Source of the DNA: Anaerolineae bacterium
Lineage (GTDB): Bacteria > Chloroflexota > Anaerolineae > Anaerolineales > Anaerolineaceae
DNA: 64,000 nucleotides
Direction of reading: 5' to 3'
NCBI GenBank assembly: GCA_013177815.1
Contig: JABLXM010000001.1
Location: 15,380-79,379 of the forward strand
A program made the translations under genes and the position numbers. Positions 1 to 8,609 of this stretch are shown here, piece by piece (positions within the stretch are counted from its first letter, which is position 1; each line of letters begins with the position of its first letter). Below the pieces are notes generated by a model. That model was given only the letters and a program-made list of their open reading frames with translations, made no database searches and was not told the DNA's origin.

Positions 1-106
1 CCTGGATTTTTACATCGTCGATAAACGCATCATAACTTGCAACCTGGAAACTCTCTATTGTTTTTGCATCCAACATGTCTTCGATATATTCCACGGTTTT
101 TTTCAT
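1..106 (-). CDS. hepT: HepT-like HEPN (DUF86) toxin, 5' part only; gene runs off the left window edge
   Basis: Not in the ORF track because it is truncated. The minus-strand ATG at 106-104 overlaps the upstream mntA stop in an ATGA junction. My translation MKKTVEYIEDMLDAKTIESFQVASYDAFIDDVKIQ resembles DUF86/HEPN N-termini. The gene order is the canonical MNT-then-HEPN. Confidence 0.55.
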   Translation of the reverse strand, partial: MKKTVEYIEDMLDAKTIESFQVASYDAFIDDVKIQ

Positions 107-408
107 ATTGCAACCGCTTCTCTCTGGATGACCTCCACGAATGCCTTGTCATGTGGCTCAGCAAACGTGCTTCTAGGCACCACATCCACCCGCACGCCCA
201 ACAACTTCTCGCACTTGTAGCCAAATCTCGCCGCGCCTAACAGCGATACGCCGGGTTCCATCTCCACCATCAGGTCCACATCGCTCCCCGCCGTCGCCTC
301 GCCGCGCGCCACCGAGCCAAATACATAGACTTTTTCGATCCCGTATTTCCTCGCGAGTTGGCAAAATTGGGGCGCGAAGCACCGCAATGGATAACAACCG
401 GATATCAA
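103..408 (-). CDS. mntA: MntA-like minimal nucleotidyltransferase antitoxin (type VII TA)
   Basis: The 101-aa ORF carries the FGSVARGEATAGSDVDLMVE motif (GS-x10-DxD) of MNT-domain nucleotidyltransferases. The start codon at 408 is TTG and there is a 4-nt overlap with the downstream HEPN gene. Confidence 0.75.
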   Translation of the reverse strand: MISGCYPLRCFAPQFCQLARKYGIEKVYVFGSVARGEATAGSDVDLMVEMEPGVSLLGAARFGYKCEKLLGVRVDVVPRSTFAEPHDKAFVEVIQREAVAI

Positions 409-511
409 TCTCCATTCAAAAAAATCCTTGCTAAAACTCCGAATTACCTATTGTAATTCCTGCAATTATTCCTATAATATATGTACATATCGGCAATAAT
501 AATAGGAAGAA

Positions 512-1003
512 ATGATAAAAATCGACGCGATCGATAAAGCCATTTCCGACCTGCTGATCGAAGACGGTCGCATGAGTTGTTCGAAGATTGCCGCCAAGTT
601 GCCCGGCATCTCGGAACGCGCGGTGCGTTACCGCATCGACCGGCTCATCAAGCACGGCGTCATCGCGGTGCGCGCCAACGTCATCGCCGAGGGTCTTGGC
701 TTAGATGTCTGCGCCGACGTTTACATCGAAGTCGATCCTGATAAAGTCAAAGACATTGCACTGACCATATCCGAGCACGAGTCGGTCAGCTACATCGCTT
801 ATTCCACCGGCGATACCGATATCAGTATCCAGGTCTTCGCCCGCGACAACCATGAACTGTTCCAGTTCGTCACCGATGTGGTCGGCAAGATCCCGGGGGT
901 CAGAAGAACCCACATCTCCTTTGTGCCGGTAAAGATCAAAGATGATCACGTCTGGCAAATTCCTTCCTTCTGTGTTCAGGCGGAGAAACCTAAAGGTGCA
1001 TGA
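512..1003 (+). CDS. Lrp/AsnC family transcriptional regulator
   Basis: 163 aa. N-terminal HTH (IDKAISDLLIEDGRMSCSKIAAKLPGISERAVRYRIDRL) plus a C-terminal RAM-like domain, which is the typical AsnC layout. Confidence 0.85.
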   Translation: MIKIDAIDKAISDLLIEDGRMSCSKIAAKLPGISERAVRYRIDRLIKHGVIAVRANVIAEGLGLDVCADVYIEVDPDKVKDIALTISEHESVSYIAYSTGDTDISIQVFARDNHELFQFVTDVVGKIPGVRRTHISFVPVKIKDDHVWQIPSFCVQAEKPKGA

Positions 1004-1106
1004 CCTGAAGTTCCTTCGCCAGTGATAATTTTCTGGTGCAGCTCGTGTGGCGTTGCGACCACGCTTGGGAAAATTAAATCGAATTTCTTTCGAGAAGGAG
1101 AGAAAA

Positions 1107-2705
1107 ATGGCGATCGAATCCGATAAAGGTAGTCTGATAAAGACCGAAAAAGGCAAGCTGAAAAGGGAGTTGACGCTTCTGCCCCTTTTTAGCCTGATCT
1201 ATTTCACAGTTTGTGGTGGCGCCTTTGGAGCCGAGCCCATGGTCGGGCTGTCCGGTCCGGGTTTGGCGCTGTTGTTGATGGTGGTCACCCCGCTGGTCTT
1301 CAGCATCCCCAACATGTTGATGGTGCGCGAGATGCAATCCATGATGCCGGTGGAAGGCGGCTACTATCACTGGGTCAAACAGGCTTTTGGTCCATTCGCG
1401 GGGTTTATGTCGGGCTGGATGAACTGGGTGGTTTCGTGGGTGGATGTCTCCATTTACCCGGTCTGGACCGCCTGGTACCTGAGCTATTTCATCCCCGCCC
1501 TCAACCAAGGGGGCACCATCTTCGGCAGGGAAGTCTCGTCCGACCTGTTATCCTGGCTGGTGGCAGCCGTTCTGATCATCGCCATTTCCCTTTTGAACCT
1601 GCGCGGGGCGCGGCTAACCGGTTTGACCGCCAGTTGGATGGGCGTGGCAATGATCATCCCGATCATCATCATGTCCGGTTTTGGCATCTACGCTTGGATC
1701 GCTTCCGGCACCACCCCCCACATCCCGTTCCTGCCGGGCGGCGCGGAGGTGAATCCCGAGAACCTGCTGGGGGCGTTGAGCGTGGGCATCTATGTCGCCA
1801 TGTGGAACTTCATGGGTTGGGAATTGCCAACTGCCGCCGGCGACGAGATCAAAGAGCCCAAGAAGACCTACCCGCGCGCCATGGTGATGGTCCTCTTCGC
1901 AGCCATCCTGTCCTATTCGATCCCGACCATTGCGGGTCTATACGGCGGCGCCGGTGAAGATGGCAGGTACCTGGCATGGGGGCTGGAAGAATACGAAACC
2001 GGCGCAGGCATCGGTCCCATCCTCAACGAAGCCGGCGTCTCGGATGAACAAATGACAGCCTGGGGCGTCGATCCGGGGCAGGATGCCGGTTGGGAATTCC
2101 CGACCATCGCGCACGTCATCGGCGATAAAGTAGCCGGCAAGGACAGCCCGCTGTCTTACTTCCTGGGTGCCATCGTGGGGATATCCGCAATACTTTCCAT
2201 GATCGGCTTGTTCATCGGCAACGGGCTGGGGGGCACGCGCGTGCCTTACGCCATGGCAGAAGACGGTATGCTGCCGGTTTGGTTGAACAAGGTGCATCCC
2301 AAATTCGGGACGCCGTGGGTTTCGATTCTCATCTGCGCAGGGTTCTATCTGATATTCTCGACCTCGGCATTCCAGAACCTGGTCGTCATCGATGTCTTCT
2401 TGAACATGCTGGTCTTGTTGGCAGAAATCTTCGCCCTGATCGCGCTGCGCATCAAGAAGCCGGACCTGCCGCGCAAGCGGGTTCCCGGCGGCGTGTTTGG
2501 TTTGATCTACATCGTCGTCGCTCCCCTGACCATCATCGCCATCGCAATCGTCAGCCAGGTCATCGACTACGGTTGGCAGGGCGCCATCGGGTGGAGCCTC
2601 ATCGCCATGGCAATCGGTGCATTGCTCTACATCCCGATCAAAAAATGGATCAAGAAAGGTATTCCGGACGTAGACCCATACGTCCTGGAGCCGGTCGAAA
2701 ACTAA
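1107..2705 (+). CDS. APC-superfamily amino acid/polyamine permease
   Basis: Polytopic membrane ORF. I chose the internal ATG at 1107 (MAIESDKG) because GGAGAG lies 6-8 nt upstream. It has the APC-like N-terminal signature (FSLIYFTVCGGAFGAEP). Confidence 0.8.
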   Translation: MAIESDKGSLIKTEKGKLKRELTLLPLFSLIYFTVCGGAFGAEPMVGLSGPGLALLLMVVTPLVFSIPNMLMVREMQSMMPVEGGYYHWVKQAFGPFAGFMSGWMNWVVSWVDVSIYPVWTAWYLSYFIPALNQGGTIFGREVSSDLLSWLVAAVLIIAISLLNLRGARLTGLTASWMGVAMIIPIIIMSGFGIYAWIASGTTPHIPFLPGGAEVNPENLLGALSVGIYVAMWNFMGWELPTAAGDEIKEPKKTYPRAMVMVLFAAILSYSIPTIAGLYGGAGEDGRYLAWGLEEYETGAGIGPILNEAGVSDEQMTAWGVDPGQDAGWEFPTIAHVIGDKVAGKDSPLSYFLGAIVGISAILSMIGLFIGNGLGGTRVPYAMAEDGMLPVWLNKVHPKFGTPWVSILICAGFYLIFSTSAFQNLVVIDVFLNMLVLLAEIFALIALRIKKPDLPRKRVPGGVFGLIYIVVAPLTIIAIAIVSQVIDYGWQGAIGWSLIAMAIGALLYIPIKKWIKKGIPDVDPYVLEPVEN

Positions 2706-2737
2706 TCTGTTCCGAGTCACATAAATCAGGAGAAAAC

Positions 2738-3943
2738 ATGAAAGTACTGCTCGTCGGTGTAGGTGGCGTGGGTGAAGCCATTGCTGTGATGGCTGCCAAA
2801 AGACCCTGGCTGGAAACAATGGTACTGGCGGATTACAACAAAGCCCGCTCCCTGGAGGTGCAGGCAAAAATTAAGGATGACAAACGGTTTCCCGTCGAGT
2901 TCATCGATGCCCGCAGCCAGGAAATGATCGAAGCGGTCGCGCAAAAATACGGCGTCGACCTGATCATGAACGCCTGCGATCCAAGCTTCAATCAGGTCAT
3001 ATTCGATGCCGCCTACCAGGTCGGTTGCAATTACATCGATATGGCAATGACGCTTTCTCACCCCCACCCCGAAAATCCCTATCGATTGCCGGGGGTCAAA
3101 TTGGGTGATTATCAGTTCGAACGGGCTGACAAATGGAAACAGAAAGGCATCCTGGCGCTGCTTGGTCTTGGGGTGGAACCCGGCATGGCGGATGTCTTCG
3201 CCAAATACGCCGAAAACCACCTATTCGATGAGATCGACGAGATCGGCATCCGCGATGGCGCCAACCTGGTCGTGCTGGGGTACGATTTCGCCCCTAATTT
3301 CTCCATCTGGACCACCATCGAAGAATGCCTGAACCCGCCGGTCATCTGGGAACGCGGCAAAGGCTGGTTCACAACGGAACCGTTCTCGGAAAAGGAGGAC
3401 TTCGACTTCCCGGGCGGGATCGGGCAGGTCGAATGCGTCAATGTGGAACACGAGGAAGTCCTGCTCATCCCGCGCTACATCAAATGCAACCGCGTCACCT
3501 TCAAATACGGCTTGGGCGACGAGTTCATCGGGATTCTCAAGACCCTGCATATGCTCGGGTTGGATAACAAGCATCCCATCCGGGTGGGCAATGTTGAAGT
3601 GGCGCCGCGCGATGTCGTCGCCGCCTGCCTGCCCGACCCCGCCCACCTGGGTCCGTTGATGGAAGGTAAAACCTGCGCCGGCACCTGGGTGAAAGGCAAG
3701 AAGGACGGCAAAGAAAAGCAGGTCTATCTCTACCAGGTGGCGGATAACAAGGAAAGCATGGACAAATTCGGCTGCCAGGTGGTCGTCGCCCAAACCGCCT
3801 TCAATGCTGTCATCGGCATGGAACTGCTCGCCAATGGCGTTTGGAGTGGGGTGGGCGTGGAAGGACCAGAAGCCTTCGACCCGCTCCCCTTCATGGATCT
3901 GATGGCTGACTTCGGCTTCCCCTGGGGCATCAAAGAGTGGTGA
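2738..3943 (+). CDS. Saccharopine dehydrogenase family NAD(P)-binding protein
   Basis: The start MKVLLVGVGGVGEAIAVM is a Rossmann GxGxxG motif, with AGGAGA upstream. The ~400 aa length and two-domain layout are typical of saccharopine/carboxynorspermidine dehydrogenase-like enzymes. The 5' extension in the ORF track (2279) overlaps the permease and I rejected it. Confidence 0.75.
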   Translation: MKVLLVGVGGVGEAIAVMAAKRPWLETMVLADYNKARSLEVQAKIKDDKRFPVEFIDARSQEMIEAVAQKYGVDLIMNACDPSFNQVIFDAAYQVGCNYIDMAMTLSHPHPENPYRLPGVKLGDYQFERADKWKQKGILALLGLGVEPGMADVFAKYAENHLFDEIDEIGIRDGANLVVLGYDFAPNFSIWTTIEECLNPPVIWERGKGWFTTEPFSEKEDFDFPGGIGQVECVNVEHEEVLLIPRYIKCNRVTFKYGLGDEFIGILKTLHMLGLDNKHPIRVGNVEVAPRDVVAACLPDPAHLGPLMEGKTCAGTWVKGKKDGKEKQVYLYQVADNKESMDKFGCQVVVAQTAFNAVIGMELLANGVWSGVGVEGPEAFDPLPFMDLMADFGFPWGIKEW

Positions 3944-3974
3944 AAGACCGCGTGAATATCTTGAGGATGAAAAT

Positions 3975-5255
3975 ATGACCGATTACAAGGATAACTTCGA
4001 TCATCTCTCCCCGGTATGGACGCATTATTCCGACGTGCTCGTCGACCACGCGGAAGGGAGCTACCTCTACGCCACCGACGGCAGGCGCATCCTCGATTTC
4101 ACCTGCGGCATCGGCGTGACCAACACCGGGCACTGCCACCCCAAAGTGGTTGCAGCCATCCGCCAACAGGCGGGGCTGCTGCTCCACGGGCAGGTGAACC
4201 TGGTCACGCACAAACCGATGCTCGAACTCGTGGCTGAGTTGAGAACCATCCTGCCTGCCAGCCTGGATGGCTTCTTCTTCAGCAATTCCGGCGCCGAAGC
4301 GGTGGAAGGCGCCCTGAAGCTCGCCCGGCATGCCACCCGCAAGACCAATGTCATCGTCTTCCAGGGCAGTTTCCACGGTCGCACCGTCGCCACAATGGCG
4401 ATGACCACATCGAAAACCAGCTACAGGAATGGCTACCAACCGCTGATGCCGGGCGTCTTCGTGGCGCCTTATCCCTACGCGCTCAGGTACGGCATGGACG
4501 AGGCAGCCGTCAGCCAATGGTGCCTGGAGGAACTGGAAGCGCTCCTGCAAATGCAAACCGCGCCGGAAGAAACCGCCGCAATGTTCATAGAGCCCGTCCT
4601 CGGAGAAGGCGGGTATGTGGTTCCCCCAGCGCCCTTCTTGAAGGGCGTGCGGGAGATGTGCGATCGAAACGGTATCTTGCTGGTCGTAGACGAGATTCAA
4701 TCCGGCTTCGGTCGCACCGGTCAATGGTTCGGGTACCAGCATTTCGGCATCCAGCCGGATATCATGACCGTTGCCAAAGGTCTCGCTTCGGGCATGCCCA
4801 TCTCCGGGGTCATCAGCCGCTTGGACCTGATGAAAAAGTGGCTGCCCGGCTCGCACGGCGGGACATACGGTGGCAACGCGGTGGCGGCAGCGGCTGGCGT
4901 TGCCACCATCCGCGCCATCAAGGAAGATGGCATGATCGAGAACGCGGTGGCGCGGGGCGCCCAGTTGCTGGCGGGGCTTGCCAGCCTGCAGGCGGCGTAT
5001 CCCCACATCACCGAGGTGCGCGGCTTGGGTTTGATGATCGCAACCGAATTTCGCGACCCGGCGGGCAAGCCGGATAAAGCCACCACCAAAGCCGTCCAGC
5101 ACGCCTGCGCCGACCGGAATTTGATGCTGCTCACCGCCGGTCCCTGGGATAACATCATCCGTTGGATCCCGCCGTTGAATGTCACCGAAGCGCAGATAAC
5201 CGAAGCGTTAGCCATCTTCAAGGCATCCCTGGAAGCAGCGATAGCTCACCCCTAA
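3975..5255 (+). CDS. Class III pyridoxal-phosphate aminotransferase (GabT/omega-aminotransferase-like)
   Basis: 426 aa with SNSGAEAVEGALKLAR, LLVVDEIQSGFGRTG and TVAKGLASG (PLP lysine context). Confidence 0.85.
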   Translation: MTDYKDNFDHLSPVWTHYSDVLVDHAEGSYLYATDGRRILDFTCGIGVTNTGHCHPKVVAAIRQQAGLLLHGQVNLVTHKPMLELVAELRTILPASLDGFFFSNSGAEAVEGALKLARHATRKTNVIVFQGSFHGRTVATMAMTTSKTSYRNGYQPLMPGVFVAPYPYALRYGMDEAAVSQWCLEELEALLQMQTAPEETAAMFIEPVLGEGGYVVPPAPFLKGVREMCDRNGILLVVDEIQSGFGRTGQWFGYQHFGIQPDIMTVAKGLASGMPISGVISRLDLMKKWLPGSHGGTYGGNAVAAAAGVATIRAIKEDGMIENAVARGAQLLAGLASLQAAYPHITEVRGLGLMIATEFRDPAGKPDKATTKAVQHACADRNLMLLTAGPWDNIIRWIPPLNVTEAQITEALAIFKASLEAAIAHP

Positions 5256-5272
5256 TAATATCATTCCGAAAA

Positions 5273-5329
5273 AGCATCCCCCCGGTTTCCCTTGTGCACC
5301 GCTATGACATTCCGGGGGCTTGCTTTTTT
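5273..5329 (+). terminator. Candidate intrinsic terminator after the aminotransferase
   Basis: agcatccccccgg (5273-5285) pairs imperfectly with ccgggggcttgc (5312-5323) and is followed by a T run to 5329. The loop is long, so this is only moderately convincing. Confidence 0.35.
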
Positions 5330-5347
5330 CGTTCATTTGTCATAAAA

Positions 5348-5373
5348 TACTCTATATTACAGAGTACTCTATA
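5348..5373. promoter_or_regulatory. Candidate operator upstream of the membrane-protein/wHTH operon
   Basis: TACTCTATA occurs twice (5348-5356 and 5365-5373) around a perfect 10-bp palindrome AGAGTACTCT (5361-5370), about 30 bp upstream of the 5403 start. Confidence 0.4.
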
Positions 5374-5402
5374 GTAATTTAAAAAATCATAAGGATCGAC
5401 CA

Positions 5403-5972
5403 ATGAACGTCTCCCCTTCCGAAGCTGAAGAAGCCCTGGCTGCCATCCAAACTGCAATCCAGAAGACTCGCCATTCGATCACCCACAGCGGCGCCTACGT
5501 CACCCTGATCGCCACCGGCATCGTCTGGCTGGTCGGGTTCACATGCACCCAATTCCTGCAGGGTGAAATCCTCGTCTATATCTGGGTCGGACTAAGCATC
5601 CTCGGCAGTGCCCTGGGCGTCTTCCTGGGCACGCGGATCGGCAAGCGCATCCGCAGCCCATCGACAGCCCCAATCGCCAGGCGCATTGGCGCCTTCTGGC
5701 TGCTCCTTGCCCTCTATGCCATTGCCGTCATCGGCATCGCCCACCCCACGGATGGGCAACAAGTGACCATGCTCGTCATCCTGTTCATCATGCTCGGTCA
5801 GCTAGCCATGAGCCTGCTGTTCTCTTTGTCCGCCGTCTGGTGGGTGTTACCGGTCACCGCCCTGGCGCTCATCGGTTACCTCCTGCTGCCCGATATCTTT
5901 TACCTCTGGATGGCAGTCCTGGGCGGCGGCGGGATGATCGCCCTCGGTTTATACATTCGCTCCAGGTGGTAA
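5403..5972 (+). CDS. Hypothetical polytopic membrane protein
   Basis: 189 aa with about 5 hydrophobic segments. It stops 2 nt before the next gene's ATG. Confidence 0.6.
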   Translation: MNVSPSEAEEALAAIQTAIQKTRHSITHSGAYVTLIATGIVWLVGFTCTQFLQGEILVYIWVGLSILGSALGVFLGTRIGKRIRSPSTAPIARRIGAFWLLLALYAIAVIGIAHPTDGQQVTMLVILFIMLGQLAMSLLFSLSAVWWVLPVTALALIGYLLLPDIFYLWMAVLGGGGMIALGLYIRSRW

Positions 5973-5974
5973 AC

Positions 5975-6268
5975 ATGGCGGAACTCAACGAAATCATCCA
6001 CCAGACCGTCCGTCTGCGCATCATGGCTGTTCTGGTCACTCTGGAGCCAACCGACGAAGCCGATTTCACCTACCTGCGCGACCTGCTGAAGGTCACCGAC
6101 GGCAACCTGGGCGCCCACCTGCGCAAACTCGAAGAAGCCGGCTACATTGCCGTCAACAAGACCTTCGTCGAACGCAAGCCGCGCTCTTTCATCTCCGCCA
6201 CGCCAGCAGGGCGCCGAGTCTTCCAAGATCACGTGGCGGCATTGCAATCCATTTTGCAGAACAAGTGA
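5975..6268 (+). CDS. Winged-helix transcriptional regulator (HTH_34/ArsR-MarR-like)
   Basis: Internal ATG at 5975. MAELNEIIHQTVRLRIMAVL...DGNLGAHLRKLEEAGYI is a typical small wHTH regulator that pairs with a membrane protein. Confidence 0.7.
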   Translation: MAELNEIIHQTVRLRIMAVLVTLEPTDEADFTYLRDLLKVTDGNLGAHLRKLEEAGYIAVNKTFVERKPRSFISATPAGRRVFQDHVAALQSILQNK

Positions 6269-6279
6269 GGTAATGCACG

Positions 6280-7287
6280 ATGTCCCCAATACGGAGAATC
6301 ACAGTCGCCGGAATACCGCCGGGGTTCCAAGAGCTCAGTTTTACCAGCGAGGATGTCACCCTCAACTATGTCGTTGGTCCCGATAATGGTCTTCCGCTGT
6401 TGTTGATCCCTGGTCAAATGGAATCCTGGCAGGGGTATAAATGTGTTCTGCCGCAACTTTCGAAGCAATTCCATGTGTTCGTCGTTGACCTCCGGGGTCA
6501 CGGCAAATCGACCCGCACCCCGGGGCGCTATTCGTACAATATTTGTGGGAACGATCTAAAGCGCTTCATACGGGGTGTGATCCAACAGCCCACGCTCGTG
6601 GCTGGTCTTTCTTCAGGCGGGGTTCTGGCAATTTGGCTTGGCGCCTACGCGCCCGCAGATGTTTTGGCGGTCATCGCCGAAGATCCGCCCATCTTCTCAT
6701 CCATTTATCCCCGCATTCAACACGAGAAATTAATGGTCAACAGCTTCAAATTGGCTGTCGATATCCTGGGTCAGCCGGGGGAGCGCGATGTTGAACGCTA
6801 TCTCTCCCAGGGCGGGATTCCCGTCGAAGGAAAATCGGAGCTTCTGCATATCCCCCGCTTCGTCATCAAGACCATGTTCTTCCTGGCGCGCTCAAATCGT
6901 GCTGTGCGTCCCAACCGTCCTTACGACCCACCCTTCCTCCCGTTCAATCTGAGAGCCGGCTATAAGTTCTTATCCGAGTATGACACCGATTTTTCCCGCG
7001 CCACCCTGGAGGGTGACCTGAGCGCGGGTTTCTCACCCGACGAAGCCCTGAAACAGCTCAGGTGCCCCATGCTCCTCATGCGGGCTCAGGCGTACAGGCA
7101 CGAAACCTGGGGGCTGGTGGGGGCGATAGACGATGACGATCTGGAACGCATCATTTCACTCGTCGATGATCTCCAATACATTCAAATATCCGGCGGACAT
7201 GAAATTCACCTGGCGCAGCCTCAGAGATACATCAATGAGTTGATGAAATTTATTGACAACCTCAGGAACCAGAACAAGCTGCCTTGA
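6280..7287 (+). CDS. Alpha/beta hydrolase
   Basis: 335 aa with HGKS after strand 3 and the nucleophile elbow GLSSGG (GxSxG). Confidence 0.8.
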   Translation: MSPIRRITVAGIPPGFQELSFTSEDVTLNYVVGPDNGLPLLLIPGQMESWQGYKCVLPQLSKQFHVFVVDLRGHGKSTRTPGRYSYNICGNDLKRFIRGVIQQPTLVAGLSSGGVLAIWLGAYAPADVLAVIAEDPPIFSSIYPRIQHEKLMVNSFKLAVDILGQPGERDVERYLSQGGIPVEGKSELLHIPRFVIKTMFFLARSNRAVRPNRPYDPPFLPFNLRAGYKFLSEYDTDFSRATLEGDLSAGFSPDEALKQLRCPMLLMRAQAYRHETWGLVGAIDDDDLERIISLVDDLQYIQISGGHEIHLAQPQRYINELMKFIDNLRNQNKLP

Positions 7288-7460
7288 ATGGAAGTGCTTG
7301 CTTTGATCGCCGCGGGAAGATCCAACCAGGAAATTTCGACCGCGCTATATGGCGCTCAACACGGTCAAGCGCCATGCCAATAATATTGACGCCAAGCTCC
7401 AAGTAGAGAACCGCGCGCAAGTCGTTTCGAAGGCGCGCCGGTTGGCGCTCGATTTCGTAA
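7288..7460 (+). pseudogene. LuxR-family HTH remnant (C-terminal domain only, frameshifted)
   Basis: Reading starts at ATG 7288, directly after the hydrolase TGA: MEVLALIAAGRSNQEISTALY. The motif then continues in another frame (ORF 7349: MALNTVKRHANNIDAKLQVENRAQVVSKARRLAL). Together these form a complete LuxR/GerE HTH interrupted near 7347-7350. No receiver or ATPase domain lies upstream. Confidence 0.55.
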
Positions 7461-7658
7461 AGCTCCCCTCCCAAGAAAATAACACTTTTATAGCACTTTT
7501 GATTCATGACGACACTGCCCCCCGGACGTATCCTTTAAGTCAAAACCTGACAATCACCCAAAATCAGGGCGCCAGGGATATAAAAAATAACGTTTTCCAG
7601 AAAAGCACTTCCTTTTACGCCATGATCGGGGATTATCGGTGCCGGAGGGAAAACTGCC

Positions 7659-8570
7659 ATGTATGTAACCCAACCAACTCAATCCGTCCAACTCTTCAAG
7701 CCTGTTGAGACCGTGGCGATCATAACTGACAGCATTGCCCAGGTTCCGCCGGAGCTGGCAAACCGGTTGAAAATTCGAGTGATGCCGTGCTCAATGACCT
7801 TTGAGGAAAATGTTTATGAAGATCTCGCTGATGTGGACCTGAATGACCTGTACCAGCGGATGCGCTTCGAAAAGGATTTACGCCTGGTCACTTCAGCGCC
7901 ATCTGTGGGCAAGTTCTACGAAACATTTAAAGAGTGCTGGGACAGTGGGGCTGAGAGCCTGCTTTACGTGGGTCTATCCAGCCGCCTGAGCTCTACCTTC
8001 TCCTGCGCCCAACAGGCTGCCAGAATGCTGTGCGAAGAACTTGGACCGCGCCCCATCTTCCTGTACGACTCTCGCATGGCAACTGCTGCACAGGGATTCC
8101 TGGTCATCGAAGCCGTTCACCTAGCGCAAAATGGTTCCCCACCACAAGAAATCATCGAACGTCTCAACAAGGAACGTCGACGGACCGGGTTTGTGGCAGG
8201 TCTGGAAACGCTCGAATACTTAGCCAGGGGTGGGCGTATCGGGAAAGCCGCTTATATGTTAGGCAACGCCATCCAAATTTTACCGGTGCTCTCGCTTGAC
8301 GATAAAGGTGAAGTCGTGCCAGTCAGCCGAAAACGAGGCTACAACCAGATGATGGAGGAAATCATTCGTTATACGAAAGCCAAAGTGGGTAAATATCACC
8401 ACTTGTCCCTGGCAGTGATGCATGCCAATGCCCGAAAAACCGCCGAAAAATTGCAGGAGATGGCTATCAGTGAATTCCAACCCGATGAAATCTACATTAC
8501 CGACTTTACGCCAACCATGGTCGCTCACACGGGACCCGGACTCATTGGGCTGGCTTATCATTGGAGTTGA
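7659..8570 (+). CDS. DegV family fatty-acid-binding protein (FakB-like)
   Basis: 303 aa with VAIITDSIAQVPPE near the N-terminus and the overall DegV pattern. Confidence 0.85.
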   Translation: MYVTQPTQSVQLFKPVETVAIITDSIAQVPPELANRLKIRVMPCSMTFEENVYEDLADVDLNDLYQRMRFEKDLRLVTSAPSVGKFYETFKECWDSGAESLLYVGLSSRLSSTFSCAQQAARMLCEELGPRPIFLYDSRMATAAQGFLVIEAVHLAQNGSPPQEIIERLNKERRRTGFVAGLETLEYLARGGRIGKAAYMLGNAIQILPVLSLDDKGEVVPVSRKRGYNQMMEEIIRYTKAKVGKYHHLSLAVMHANARKTAEKLQEMAISEFQPDEIYITDFTPTMVAHTGPGLIGLAYHWS

Positions 8571-8609
8571 TCCTTTTCGGATAACCATCATGTTCAGACC
8601 ACAACGATA

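Noticed and set aside
173-415. 80-aa ORF starting with ATG (MEIDIRLLSIAVLR...) overlapping mntA in another frame
   Set aside because: Its downstream translation is Gly/Arg-rich nonsense, while the TTG-initiated frame carries the GSx10DxD nucleotidyltransferase motif. I considered a frameshift joining ATG 415 to the MNT frame, but it is not needed.
2279-2737. 5' extension of the saccharopine dehydrogenase ORF, and likewise 1047-1106, 23684-23752, 24741-24824, 26591-26701, 43915-43944 and 46293-46436
   Set aside because: These extensions overlap upstream genes or intergenic repeats. They lack RBS support and precede internal ATGs that have Shine-Dalgarno motifs and family-typical N-termini.
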